This document shows positions 1 to 9,977 of a DNA stretch of 62,728 nucleotides, piece by piece (within the stretch, counting starts at the first letter, position 1; the number at the start of each line of letters is the position of its first letter). Position numbers and translations under genes: made by a program. The DNA is taken from NCBI GenBank assembly GCA_001818155.1, contig MHJU01000012.1, forward strand, positions 1 to 62,728, written 5' to 3'. The notes under the pieces are model-generated. The model was given only the letters and a program-made list of their open reading frames with translations. It had not been told where the DNA came from and ran no database searches. This stretch comes from Candidatus Jacksonbacteria bacterium RIFCSPLOWO2_02_FULL_44_20 (GTDB taxonomy: Bacteria; Patescibacteriota; Patescibacteriia; UBA9629).

Positions 1-156
1 AAAATTACTGTAAAGATTGTAGATTAGTTTACAGTTATTTTTATCATCCAAGAAATTATGCTATACTTCTCTGTGGATAAATTAAAGCGCGACGCGGGAG
101 GGGAGTTGCAATCTCGCAACAATCATCTTTTTGCGTTCTCGTTTTGAATCGTTACT

Positions 157-597
157 ATGCATCAATTCACTCAAAAGGATTTTGATCTCTCATCTCTGGT
201 TTTGCGAGTCGCGTTGGGGGCGTATTTTATTATCGCCGGACTCGCGCAAATTGTTAATTATGCAGGTTTTGCCGGCAACATTTCCGGATATGCGATAGTT
301 TCCTACATTCCGTACGCTGGAGTTCAAGGGGTCGTTTCCGCGCTTTTCCCTTGGATTGAATTGACGCTTGGATTGTTGCTTGTGTTAGGGCTTGCGACAA
401 CTATTTCAGCCTTGCTCGCCGCGCTTATCTCATTTATGTTTACTGTTGTGAATGGCTTTATAGAGGGCGCATCAATTGCAAGAGACGTGCTTTTTATCGC
501 CGTATCCCTTGCTCTTATGCTCATGGGCGGCGGAGGGTACAGTTTGGATCACAGAGTTCGCGGGAAAGGCAAGCGTATAGGAAATCAAAAAAAATAG
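157..597 (+). CDS. DoxX family membrane protein
   Basis: Four hydrophobic segments; LRVALGAYFIIAG, E-LxLGLLLVLGLAT and GGGGYSLD motifs typical of DoxX. Confidence 0.8.
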   Translation: MHQFTQKDFDLSSLVLRVALGAYFIIAGLAQIVNYAGFAGNISGYAIVSYIPYAGVQGVVSALFPWIELTLGLLLVLGLATTISALLAALISFMFTVVNGFIEGASIARDVLFIAVSLALMLMGGGGYSLDHRVRGKGKRIGNQKK

Positions 598-613
598 GAG
601 GTAATAATTTTTC

Positions 614-1414
614 ATGACACTTGATGATCGCAAAAAACGAACTCATAATTCGGTCGCAAAGAAGCTCTACGATCTTATGGAATCAAAGCGGTCAAACCTA
701 ATTCTCTCTCTTGATGTAACGCGAGGGAGAGATTTTTTTGATATTCTTGAACGCGTTGCTCCTCATATAATTATGGTAAAAACTCATATTGATACGATGC
801 ATGGCTTTGACGCAGAGTTTATCAAGCGCTTGATTTCACTTAAAGAGAAGCACAGTTTTCTTATTTTTGAGGATCGTAAATTTGCGGATATCGGCAACAC
901 AGTAAAATTGCAATATACAAAAGGCGTGTTTCAGATTATTGAATGGGCTGATCTTGTTACAGCCCACATTTTCCCTGGACCAGGCGCAATAGTGGCTTTG
1001 CGGAAAGCGTGGAAAGAAACGAGATATGAACGAGGTCTCGTGATTCTTCCACAGATGACTTCCGAAGGCAACTTGTTCTCTCCGGAAGTTCGCGATAGGG
1101 CGCTTGAGATTGCAAAGGAGTATTGCGATTTTGTGATCGGGTTTATAGGAGCGTCTCAAGGAGATGGGTCGCTTTCGCTGATTCGCGAACGCGCATGGCC
1201 GGAATTTTTAATTTTTGTTCCGGGTGTTAACATACAAAAACAAAAAGATGAGCTTTCACAAACATACGTTGCGCCGGAGATGGCAATCCGCGAAGGCGGC
1301 GATATTATAATCGTCGGGCGCGGGATTTACGAAGATGAAGCTCCTGAACGCGCCTCGGTTGAGTATAAAGAAAGGGCATGGAGTGAACTTATGAAACGCG
1401 AACAATCTTCTTAA
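614..1414 (+). CDS. pyrF: Orotidine-5'-phosphate decarboxylase (URA3/UMPS-like type)
   Basis: KTHID, FLIFEDRKFADIGNTVKLQY (DxKxxD catalytic motif), IIVGRGIY. Confidence 0.95.
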   Translation: MTLDDRKKRTHNSVAKKLYDLMESKRSNLILSLDVTRGRDFFDILERVAPHIIMVKTHIDTMHGFDAEFIKRLISLKEKHSFLIFEDRKFADIGNTVKLQYTKGVFQIIEWADLVTAHIFPGPGAIVALRKAWKETRYERGLVILPQMTSEGNLFSPEVRDRALEIAKEYCDFVIGFIGASQGDGSLSLIRERAWPEFLIFVPGVNIQKQKDELSQTYVAPEMAIREGGDIIIVGRGIYEDEAPERASVEYKERAWSELMKREQSS

Positions 1415-4400
1415 CGATTCACTTGAAGATACTGGTCCCACGGAGTAATATCTAAGAGATCAAGATTTTGATACATGCAGACCGCTTTTACAAAGAGCCG
1501 AGCTGTTTGGAGATTTGTGAGAATCGGAACATTTAAGTCAGCCGCAGTGCGGCGAAGCGCATAATCGTCATCAACTTCAAACGAGCCGGTTTTGACGGGC
1601 TTTTTATAATCAAAATCATTGATGACAATTGCAAGATCAATTTCTTTTTTGAACATGTATGTTGCAATATTGGGCTCTTTCGGCGCTTCGTGCAATTTGT
1701 AGAGCCGCGTAGCGATGACGCCGGAATACGACAAAAATTCAGTTGTGTGGTGAGTTGCATAAATCGTAAACCCGCGTTCTGAAAGCGCCCGTGCGCTCTC
1801 CAAAAATTTTTGCTTATTGGTTTCTCCACCAAGAGAAAGGAGTACGCCTTTTTTTGGCAGATGAAATCCTGTTGCAAGGATTGATTTTAGATACGCCGCT
1901 TCAAGCGTTTTATCCAGCGCGCCAACCTCTCCAGTTGAAGCCATTTCAACGCGCAATATCGGATCCGCTCCCTTCAGTCGGGAAAACGAGAATTGCGGCG
2001 CTTTTACGCCGACATACGGCAGTTCAAAAGTATTACGTTCGCATTTTTTCATTTTTGCGATCCCCCGGTTATGTTCTATGAGCGCATAAGTTGCCATTTC
2101 CACTAAATTGTTGCCTGTTACTTTTGAAACAAACGGAAAGCTACGGGAGGCGCGCAGGTTGCATTCAATAACTTTAATGTCATTATCTTTTGCAAGGAGC
2201 TGGATGTTAAACGGGCCTGTGATTGAAAGAGCTTTGCCGATCACTCGCGTCATCGCCCGAATGCGCCGCACAGTTTCAACATAGAGTTTTTGCGGCGGAC
2301 AGATGATGGTTGCGTCTCCGGAGTGCACTCCGGCGTTTTCCACATGCTCGCTTAAAATATCAATAAGCACCTCGCCTTTTTTAGCGACCGCGTCAACCTC
2401 AATCTCTTTTGCTCCGACAATGAATTTTGTAATGATAACCGGATGTTCGGGAGAAAGATAGGTCGCCTCTTTCAGATATTCGGAAAGATCTTCATCGTTA
2501 AATGCGATGTTCATCGCGGCTCCGGAGAGGACATAAGACGGACGCACAAGAACCGGATATCCAACCATGAGCGCGAATTTTTTTGCGGCCGAGATTTTTG
2601 TGAGTTCTTTCCAAGCCGGCTGGTCAATCGCGAGTTTATTTAATAGTTTTGAAAATTTATAACGATCTTCCGCGCGATCAATGTCTGACGGAGCTGTGCC
2701 TAAAATGCGCATTCCGGCTGACTCGCATTTTAACGCGATATTGTTCGGCGTTTGTCCGCCCATTGAAAGAACCACTGCCTGCGGGCGTTCCTCTTTATAT
2801 ATATCGCGTACGGTTTCAAAACTTAACTCCTCAAAATACAGCGTGTCCGCCATGTCGTAATCGGTTGAAACGGTCTCTGGATTATGATTGATCATGATCG
2901 TTTTGTATCCAATTCGCCGAAGCGTTTCTCCACATGTTACCGCGCACCAGTCAAATTCCACGGAACTTCCGATGCGATAGACTCCGGAGCCCAGTATCAT
3001 AATTTTTTTGTCCGGTTTTATTTTGTTTTTCTGTTTTTTTTCGTATGTGGAGTAGAGGTAGTTCGTTTGCGCAGGATATTCCGCGGCAAGCGTATCAATA
3101 TGATTTATACGCATCACGATGCCGTGCCTGCGCCTGTAGCGATATATTTCATCTTCGCTACTGTTTGTAAGAAGCGCGATTTGTTTGTCCGAAAACCCTT
3201 TGCGCTTTGCTTCATAGATAAGTAGCGGGTTTAGATATTGCGAGTCCTTTAATGTCTTCATAAAATCAGTGATATTTTTTATTTTATTAATGAACCACGG
3301 ATCAATGAGAGACCACTCTGCGATTTTTTTCGGCGCAACATTGCGTTTAAGAGCTTCTGTAATTGCAAGAACGCGATGTTCGTTTGGCCGTTTAATCAGT
3401 TCAATAAGAGCTTCCGGAGCGCGTTTACTGTTTATTATCCCAAGCGACTCTGCAAGGTGCGGATATTTTTGTGTGAGACGTTCTACGCTTGCAATAATTC
3501 CTGTTTGATCCAGCCCGAGCATACGAGACGCTTTTTGAAACGCTTCTTCAAACGATCTTCCGATTGCCATTACCTCGCCGACGCTTTTCATTTGCGTGCC
3601 GATTCCGCGATCAGCGCTTTTGAATTTGTCAGTGTCCCATCTGGGCATTTTTACGACTACATAATCAAGCGCTGGTTCAAAAAAAGCAGTTGTTTTTTTT
3701 GTGATTGAGTTTTGCAATTCCGGAAGATTCCAGCCGATCGCCAACTTCGCGGCGACGCGGGCGAGCGGATAGCCTGTTGCTTTTGAGGCGAGCGCGGAGG
3801 ATCGCGAAAGTCTGGCGTTCACTTCAATAATGCGATAATCTAAATGATTTTGAGTGCTTGCGCGGAGAGCAAATTGTATATTGCATTCTCCGACAATTTC
3901 AAGATTACGTATCAGTTTAATTGCGATTGAGCGCAGTCCGTGATATTCCCCATTCGTCAAAGTTTGAGACGGCGCGACAACAATAGATTCTCCCGTGTGC
4001 ACACCCATCGGATCCATGTTCTCCATATTACATACAGCGATGCAGTTGTCAGCCGAATCGCGAACCACTTCATACTCTATTTCTTTCCATCCCGTGAGGT
4101 CTTCTTCAACAAGGATTTGACGGTGCCTTAAAAGAGCGAGCGCCGCATAGTTTTCAAGTTCTTTTGCGTTTGCCGCGCATGCCGAGCCTTCTCCGCCAAG
4201 CGCAAATGCCGATCGTATAATAACAGGATAGCCGATTTTTTTTGCCGCGATAATCGCTGATTTTGGAGTTTCGGCAACTAGACTTTTAGGAGTTAAAAGA
4301 TTAAGTTTTTTGAGCGTTTGTATAAAAAGCGCGCGATCTTCAGTTTTTTCTATTGCGGACATTGGCGTGCCAAGAATGCGCGGTTTTTTATTTTCTCCGA

Positions 4401-4728
4401 GAAATCCTTGGTTGTGTAGATCAATCCCGCAGTTCAACGCGGTTTGTCCCCCGAAAGAAAGCAGAATGCCGTCGGGTTTTTCATGTTTTATAATTCTTGA
4501 AACAAAATGCGCATTTATCGGAAGAAAGTATACGCGATCCGCAAGCCCGCGAGATGTCTGATAAGTTGCGATATTAGGGTTGACGACAATGGTTTTTATT
4601 CCCTCTTCTTTCAGGGTTTTTATCGCTTGAGAGCCAGAGTAATCAAACTCGCCTGCCTCCCCAATTTTTAACGCGCCGGAGCCAAGAACTAGTACTTTGC
4701 GGAGTTTTGGACTTGAAATTTTATTCAT
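1411..4728 (-). CDS. carB: Carbamoyl-phosphate synthase large subunit
   Basis: GEFDYSGSQA, EVNARLSRSSALASKATGYP, GSSVEFDWCAV, ECNLRASRSFPFVSK; C-terminal MGS domain. Confidence 0.97.
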   Translation of the reverse strand: MNKISSPKLRKVLVLGSGALKIGEAGEFDYSGSQAIKTLKEEGIKTIVVNPNIATYQTSRGLADRVYFLPINAHFVSRIIKHEKPDGILLSFGGQTALNCGIDLHNQGFLGENKKPRILGTPMSAIEKTEDRALFIQTLKKLNLLTPKSLVAETPKSAIIAAKKIGYPVIIRSAFALGGEGSACAANAKELENYAALALLRHRQILVEEDLTGWKEIEYEVVRDSADNCIAVCNMENMDPMGVHTGESIVVAPSQTLTNGEYHGLRSIAIKLIRNLEIVGECNIQFALRASTQNHLDYRIIEVNARLSRSSALASKATGYPLARVAAKLAIGWNLPELQNSITKKTTAFFEPALDYVVVKMPRWDTDKFKSADRGIGTQMKSVGEVMAIGRSFEEAFQKASRMLGLDQTGIIASVERLTQKYPHLAESLGIINSKRAPEALIELIKRPNEHRVLAITEALKRNVAPKKIAEWSLIDPWFINKIKNITDFMKTLKDSQYLNPLLIYEAKRKGFSDKQIALLTNSSEDEIYRYRRRHGIVMRINHIDTLAAEYPAQTNYLYSTYEKKQKNKIKPDKKIMILGSGVYRIGSSVEFDWCAVTCGETLRRIGYKTIMINHNPETVSTDYDMADTLYFEELSFETVRDIYKEERPQAVVLSMGGQTPNNIALKCESAGMRILGTAPSDIDRAEDRYKFSKLLNKLAIDQPAWKELTKISAAKKFALMVGYPVLVRPSYVLSGAAMNIAFNDEDLSEYLKEATYLSPEHPVIITKFIVGAKEIEVDAVAKKGEVLIDILSEHVENAGVHSGDATIICPPQKLYVETVRRIRAMTRVIGKALSITGPFNIQLLAKDNDIKVIECNLRASRSFPFVSKVTGNNLVEMATYALIEHNRGIAKMKKCERNTFELPYVGVKAPQFSFSRLKGADPILRVEMASTGEVGALDKTLEAAYLKSILATGFHLPKKGVLLSLGGETNKQKFLESARALSERGFTIYATHHTTEFLSYSGVIATRLYKLHEAPKEPNIATYMFKKEIDLAIVINDFDYKKPVKTGSFEVDDDYALRRTAADLNVPILTNLQTARLFVKAVCMYQNLDLLDITPWDQYLQVNR

Positions 4729-5848
4729 TGGAATTTATCATTGAAATCCATTCATCAAACACCCATTCTGTATCAGTTGGTCCGGGTGCGGCTTCCGGGT
4801 GAAACTGAACCGACATCCACGGATAATGCTGGTGCCATAATCCTTCAACAGTTCCGTCGTTTAAGTTCCGAAACCACACGCGCCAACCTTTAGGCACGGT
4901 TTTTTCATTAACCGCATAGCCGTGATTTTGGGTCGTGATGTACGCCCGATTGCGCAGTTCGTCAATAACAGGCTGGTTTTGGGAGCGGTGTCCGTATTTT
5001 AATTTGTATGTCTTCGCGCCACAGGCAAGCGCCAGGAGTTGGTTGCCAAGACAAATTCCGAGAATTGGAATTAAAAATGACGGATTACTAATCGCTAATT
5101 GATTTTTTATTTGTTCAATTGTTTTATCGCATTTTGCAGGATCTCCTGGTCCATTTGATATAACTATCCCATTGATTCTAATTTTTTCGTAATTCGTTAA
5201 TTCAAAGTTCCACGGCACACGAATCACTCGGCATCCGCGTTTTATAAGACAACGGATGATATTCAATTTCACGCCGCAGTCGTAGAGGAGAATAGTATTT
5301 TTCTGTTTCTCTATTTTTACTGTATTTGGTTCGTACACGATCGGTTCTTTGCAACTTACTTCAGCCACTAAATTTTGTTTATTTGGATCTTTAAAAGTAT
5401 ATTTCGTTAATTTGTCATTTGTAATTCGCCCCAACATCGTCCCTTTTTCCCGCAGTTTTTCGGTGAGCGCGCGCGTGTCCACGCCCTCAATCGCCGGCAC
5501 GCCTTCTGATTTCAGCCAATTTTCAAGCGATTGTTTAGCCTGCGGGTGAGAATATTCTTTGCAATATTCTCTGACGATGAGCCCTGCTATTTGTATTTTT
5601 TCTGATTCAAAGGAGTGACTAAATAAGTCTTTAGTTTTAAGTTTGGAGTTGGTCTCCACTCCATAATTTCCGATCAACGGATACGTCAACACTAAAATTT
5701 GCCCGTGATATGACGGATCAGTGAACGTTTCCGGATACCCAACCATGCCGGTATTAAAGACCACTTCGCCTGATGCATCGGTTTGCGCGCCAAAAGATTC
5801 GCCTGTGAGTATGGTTTTGTCTTCTAATATCAGTGATTGAGTTCTCAT
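4721..5848 (-). CDS. carA: Carbamoyl-phosphate synthase small (glutaminase) subunit
   Basis: GEVVFNTGMVGYPE..TDPSY, SNGPGDP, GICLG, QNHGY, QFHPEAAPGP; start placed at ATG 5848. Confidence 0.96.
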   Translation of the reverse strand: MRTQSLILEDKTILTGESFGAQTDASGEVVFNTGMVGYPETFTDPSYHGQILVLTYPLIGNYGVETNSKLKTKDLFSHSFESEKIQIAGLIVREYCKEYSHPQAKQSLENWLKSEGVPAIEGVDTRALTEKLREKGTMLGRITNDKLTKYTFKDPNKQNLVAEVSCKEPIVYEPNTVKIEKQKNTILLYDCGVKLNIIRCLIKRGCRVIRVPWNFELTNYEKIRINGIVISNGPGDPAKCDKTIEQIKNQLAISNPSFLIPILGICLGNQLLALACGAKTYKLKYGHRSQNQPVIDELRNRAYITTQNHGYAVNEKTVPKGWRVWFRNLNDGTVEGLWHQHYPWMSVQFHPEAAPGPTDTEWVFDEWISMINSNE

Positions 5849-5855
5849 ATACAAA

Positions 5856-5877
5856 AAATCCCGAGAAGTCGGGATTT
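5856..5877 (-). terminator. Hairpin AAATCCCGA-GAAG-TCGGGATTT between hicA and carA
   Basis: Perfect 9-bp inverted repeat; T-run follows on the minus strand. Confidence 0.55.
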
Positions 5878-6094
5878 ATATGGTTATGAATTCTTCTATT
5901 GTTAAACCAGCTTGATCAATAATACTTTTTATTGTTTTCTTTTTAATGTCTTTATGGTGGTATGGGACAGTAACGCGGCGTTTTAGAGCGGGGTGAATAA
6001 GGATAACATGGCTTCCAGTTTGATGATCAATAATAAAACCAACTTTCTGTAATTTTTTAATTGTCTCCTTTGATCCTGGAACAGGTAGTTTCAT
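5876..6094 (-). CDS. hicA: HicA family mRNA interferase toxin
   Basis: LQKVGF..HQTGSHVIL.HP...RVTVPYH...IIDQAGL; start placed at ATG 6094. Confidence 0.9.
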   Translation of the reverse strand: MKLPVPGSKETIKKLQKVGFIIDHQTGSHVILIHPALKRRVTVPYHHKDIKKKTIKSIIDQAGLTIEEFITI

Positions 6095-6095
6095 T

Positions 6096-6392
6096 TTATA
6101 CTGGTTGCAAAATAGTTTTTTCCCATTGCGGCAATTTAATTTCAAGTGAGGTGGTAATTAGATGGCCGTTTTCTACAGGAATCGGTTCTCCGTGTTTTAT
6201 CAAACTTTCCAGGTAGCCCTCTATCGCATCCCGCGCCATCGCTATTGCTTCTTCAAATGTCTCGCCTTCTGTGGAGCAACCGGGCAGAGCCGGTACAGTG
6301 ACAGTGTATCCGCCTTCATCAGCAGGTTCTAAAATCACTGTGTAATGATTGATTGTTATAGGCAGGTTCATCATAAATTTATTTACCATCAT
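6096..6392 (-). CDS. hicB: HicB family antitoxin
   Basis: EGGYTVTVPALPGCSTEGETFEEAIAMARDAI...GEPIP. Confidence 0.9.
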   Translation of the reverse strand: MMVNKFMMNLPITINHYTVILEPADEGGYTVTVPALPGCSTEGETFEEAIAMARDAIEGYLESLIKHGEPIPVENGHLITTSLEIKLPQWEKTILQPV

Positions 6393-7306
6393 ATCAAACC
6401 GCGTCTTTCGCCGTCAAGCGCTAAAAAAAGCGCCATGCGGACCCACACGCCGTTATGAGCTTGTTTGAAATAAATCGCGCGCTGGTCATTGTCTATCTCC
6501 GGGTTTATTTCCCCGACTCTTGGCAATGGATGCATAAAAAGGCAATCATCCTTAAAGAGCGCCGCGGTGGCTTTATTCAGCACGTAAGCATTTTTGAGCC
6601 GCGCATATTCTGCCTTATCTTGGAATCGCTCTTCTTGTACGCGCGTCATGTATAATACTTGAACTCCCCTCGCAATTTCATCCCATGTTTCAAGTTCTTG
6701 ACAAGAGATGCCCTGATTTTTTAGCTTAGTCAAAATTTCCTCCGGCATCCTTAAAGAAGAAGGGGAGATGAAATAAAATTTTGGATTAAAGTGAGCAAGA
6801 CCTTGAGATAAAGAGTGCGCTGTTCTTCCATATTTAAGATCGCCGACAAAAGCTATAATTAAATTGTTGAGAGGAATTTTTTCAGCGATCGTAAAAATAT
6901 CCAATAACGCTTGCGTGGGATGCTCGCCGCTTCCATCTCCCGCATTCACAATCGGCACATGCGATACTGCCGCCGCTCGTGCCGCCGCCCCGGTTTCAAA
7001 ATGGCGCATTACAATATAATCGGCATAACCGTTTACTATTTTAATTGTGTCTTCAAGAGTTTCTCCTTTTTTTGTTGATGTTGTCTTTGCGTCAGCAAAT
7101 CCTAAAACGTTGGCTCCTAACCGCAAGGCAGCGCTTTCAAATGAGAGACGCGTGCGCGTGGACGGTTCAAAAAAGAGCGTTGCGATAATTGACCCCCGCG
7201 CCGCATCGCAATAAGTGATGGGCGAGGATTTTATGTCGCGCGCCTTTTCAATTATTTGAAGAAGTTCATCGCGAGAAAAGTCTGTAATTGAAAGTATATG
7301 TTTCAT
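6389..7306 (-). CDS. pyrB: Aspartate carbamoyltransferase catalytic subunit
   Basis: FFEPSTRTRLSF, HPTQALLD, GDLKYGRT, MHPLPR; start placed at ATG 7306 (MKHILS). Confidence 0.97.
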   Translation of the reverse strand: MKHILSITDFSRDELLQIIEKARDIKSSPITYCDAARGSIIATLFFEPSTRTRLSFESAALRLGANVLGFADAKTTSTKKGETLEDTIKIVNGYADYIVMRHFETGAAARAAAVSHVPIVNAGDGSGEHPTQALLDIFTIAEKIPLNNLIIAFVGDLKYGRTAHSLSQGLAHFNPKFYFISPSSLRMPEEILTKLKNQGISCQELETWDEIARGVQVLYMTRVQEERFQDKAEYARLKNAYVLNKATAALFKDDCLFMHPLPRVGEINPEIDNDQRAIYFKQAHNGVWVRMALFLALDGERRGLI

Positions 7307-7793
7307 ATGAAGTAAAAAGACCAATGCTCATAAGAGTTATGATAGCGCCCGCTAAAACAACTCCGATAAAAATAGCAAATAGCGCTTTCCGATAGGGGAT
7401 GCCGAAGAGGTATGCCGCAAGCGATGCGCTCCATGCGCCGGTGAAAGGTCCTGGAATTGCGATGTAGAGAATCAGAGCGGCCACTCCCCAGCCTTCAATT
7501 TTTTTTGAAATTCCGTGTTCAGTTTTTTTTCGCCACCAAAGATAAAGCGCAATCGGTTTATCTAAAAGCTTATGATGTGTTTTTATCTCTGGAAGAGCTC
7601 CTATGCCAAATAGTTTTTCAAACCCGGGCAAAAGCAGTAAAAGAAACGCTGGCGGAATCATATTGCCGAAAATCGCGGCGCCGTAGGCGAGCAAAGGGTT
7701 CGCTCCTTTGAAAATTCCATACGGTATTCCCGCGTTCAACTCCCCAACAGGCGCCATGGAAAGCAGAAAAATTTTAAGAAATGTTTCGTTCAT
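7266..7793 (-). CDS. Small multidrug export-like (COG2426-type) membrane protein
   Basis: LSMAPVGEL..GIP.G, FGNMIP, IAIPGPFTGAWS; start placed at ATG 7793. Confidence 0.75.
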   Translation of the reverse strand: MNETFLKIFLLSMAPVGELNAGIPYGIFKGANPLLAYGAAIFGNMIPPAFLLLLLPGFEKLFGIGALPEIKTHHKLLDKPIALYLWWRKKTEHGISKKIEGWGVAALILYIAIPGPFTGAWSASLAAYLFGIPYRKALFAIFIGVVLAGAIITLMSIGLFTSYETYTFNYRLFSR

Positions 7794-8193
7794 CACTCTG
7801 CATTTTAACAAGCTCTTCTGCCAATGCGCCTTTTTCTTTGAGCAAATCATCTTTCTTATTGGTCCAATACTGAACTGACTCTCTACTTTTGACTTTTTTT
7901 TTCTCATTAACACTGCTATCCAAAAGTTTGAGGCTTTTACGCAGATTTATTTCCGCGCCACTAAGCCGTTTACAAACCCCAGCATAGAGTCCGAGCGTTG
8001 TTGCGAAATCGGGATTTTTGCTTCCGCAATTACGGCAAAAGAATTCACCTTCTTTTAGAAGATGGTCTGTGTTGTTTTTGCATTTTTCTGAAGTTGTTTT
8101 TCTTTCCGGATCCTTGCGGCGTGGTCGCTTAGACTCTCTTTTTAGTAGATCAGCTCCAATGAATCCATCCACATAGATTTCAGGTTTGCTCAT
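7774..8193 (-). CDS. Hypothetical basic protein with CxxC
   Basis: 139 aa overlapping both neighbours in operon fashion; FCRNCG motif. Confidence 0.55.
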   Translation of the reverse strand: MSKPEIYVDGFIGADLLKRESKRPRRKDPERKTTSEKCKNNTDHLLKEGEFFCRNCGSKNPDFATTLGLYAGVCKRLSGAEINLRKSLKLLDSSVNEKKKVKSRESVQYWTNKKDDLLKEKGALAEELVKMQSDERNIS

Positions 8194-9961
8194 AGTGTTT
8201 CTGCCCCTCCTTTATTATCCGTTCAGAAAATTGTTTTAGCGATTCGTTTATCGGCTCTCTTGAACCAAAACGCCGGACTGAAAGCATGGCAGAATCTTCC
8301 CAAACTCCGCTTGGCGTGGCTTCTTTATCGCCGATTACAATTGTATAAGGAATTTTTTGGCTAGCAGAGTTTCTTATTTTTGCGCCGACAGTCTCACCGC
8401 TTTCATCAATTTCTATCCGAAGCTCTGCATTTTTTGCAAGCAGATATTCCTTGAGCAATGACGCGGTTTGAATATGATTTAACGAAACAGGCGCGATAAT
8501 AATCTGCGCGGGCGCAAGCCAGAAAGGAAACGCGCCGGCGTAATGCTCAATCAAAATGCCCATAAAACGTTCAATTGCTCCAAGTATAGTGCAGTGGATC
8601 ACCGCCGGACGCTCTTTTTTTCCAAGATCGGAAATGTAGAACAAGTCAAAATTTTCCGGCTGATTAAAATCAAGTTGTACAGTTGTAAGTTGCCACGGCC
8701 TTCCCAGAGAATCATTGATCGTAATATCAATTTTTGGCCCATAAAACGCGGCTTCGCCTTCTGCGATCGTGTATGGCACCCCCCAGTTTTTAACTGCGGC
8801 AATAAGCATCTCTTCTGCTTTTGCCCACAGCGCGTCATTTCCAAAGTATCTTTCCTTATGTTTTGGATCGCGCACAGAAATGTTTAGAGTGTATTTATCC
8901 AGTCCGAAAACTCGGTATGTTTTTTGCATCAGCGACAAAATCATTTTTATTTCCGATTCAATCTGATCGTGTCGTATGAAGTGGTGTGTGTCATCCTGCG
9001 TCAGTCCTTTTACGCGCACGAGCCCTGAAAGTTCTCCGCTTTTTTCATTGCGATAGACGGCTGTCGTTTCCGCGTAGCGAATCGGAAGTTCGCGATAACT
9101 GTGCGCTGATCCTTTATAAAGCTCAAAGTGGTGCGGACAGTTCATCGGTTTTATCACAAATTCATCTCCTTCTGAATCGGTCATCACAGGCATCATCGCA
9201 TCATATTTTCCCATGTGTCCGCTTTTTTGGTATAACTTCGCTTTCGCGATATGCGGGATATGCACGAATGTGTATCCGAGCGCTTCCTTCTCTTTCCGCA
9301 TAAATTTTTCCAGTTCATGCTTGATGATTTCTCCTTTTCCGGTAAATAACGGGAGCCCTGGCCCAACAAGATCAGAAAAAATAAACAACCCTAGTTCTTT
9401 TCCCAATTTTTTATGATCGCGCTTTTTCGCTTCCTCGCGCATTTTCAGATAATCGTCAAGTTCTTTTTGCGTTTGAAACGCTGTGCCGTAGACGCGCGTG
9501 AGCATGGCGTTTTTTTCGTTTCCACGCCAGTACGCGCCCGCGATTGAAATCAGTTTGAAGCCCCCTAGTTCCTGTTTCGGATTTTCTACATGTCCGCCGC
9601 GGCAAAGATCGGTAAAATTTCCGGAGGTATATACTGTAATCTCTTCGCCTTTGTTTTGAAGTTCGTTAATGAGTTCAATTTTGTACTGATTTCCGTCAAA
9701 AAATTCTTTTGCCTCATCTCCGGTTAATTTGCGCCGCGTAAACGCGCTCCATCCTCCCAAAAGTTCGCGCATTTTGGTTTCAATTTTTGGAAGATCGTCT
9801 TCTAAAATCGGTTCCTGAAATTCAAAATCATAATAAAAACCGGTTTCAATCGGGGGGCCGATCGTTGGTTTTGCTCCAGGGTAGAGTTCTGTAACAGCCG
9901 CGGCGAGGAGATGCGCGGCGCTGTGGCGGAGGTTGTTAAGATAGGTTTTGTCCTCGGGCAT
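8180..9961 (-). CDS. thrS: Threonine--tRNA ligase
   Basis: RHSAAHLL, DLCRGGHV, KPMNCPHH, GEAAFYGPKID, anticodon-binding domain. Confidence 0.98.
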   Translation of the reverse strand: MPEDKTYLNNLRHSAAHLLAAAVTELYPGAKPTIGPPIETGFYYDFEFQEPILEDDLPKIETKMRELLGGWSAFTRRKLTGDEAKEFFDGNQYKIELINELQNKGEEITVYTSGNFTDLCRGGHVENPKQELGGFKLISIAGAYWRGNEKNAMLTRVYGTAFQTQKELDDYLKMREEAKKRDHKKLGKELGLFIFSDLVGPGLPLFTGKGEIIKHELEKFMRKEKEALGYTFVHIPHIAKAKLYQKSGHMGKYDAMMPVMTDSEGDEFVIKPMNCPHHFELYKGSAHSYRELPIRYAETTAVYRNEKSGELSGLVRVKGLTQDDTHHFIRHDQIESEIKMILSLMQKTYRVFGLDKYTLNISVRDPKHKERYFGNDALWAKAEEMLIAAVKNWGVPYTIAEGEAAFYGPKIDITINDSLGRPWQLTTVQLDFNQPENFDLFYISDLGKKERPAVIHCTILGAIERFMGILIEHYAGAFPFWLAPAQIIIAPVSLNHIQTASLLKEYLLAKNAELRIEIDESGETVGAKIRNSASQKIPYTIVIGDKEATPSGVWEDSAMLSVRRFGSREPINESLKQFSERIIKEGQKHYEQT

Positions 9962-9977
9962 AAGCAGTTACTTACGA

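Noticed and set aside
7-35. TTGTAGAT inside an ACTGTAAA/TTTACAGT inverted repeat as a Cas12a direct repeat
   Set aside because: It lacks AATTTCTAC, is single copy and has no spacers. I found no CRISPR array anywhere in the window.
72-80. DnaA box TGTGGATAA (also at 41928) as oriC
   Set aside because: Isolated boxes, no cluster, no dnaA nearby.
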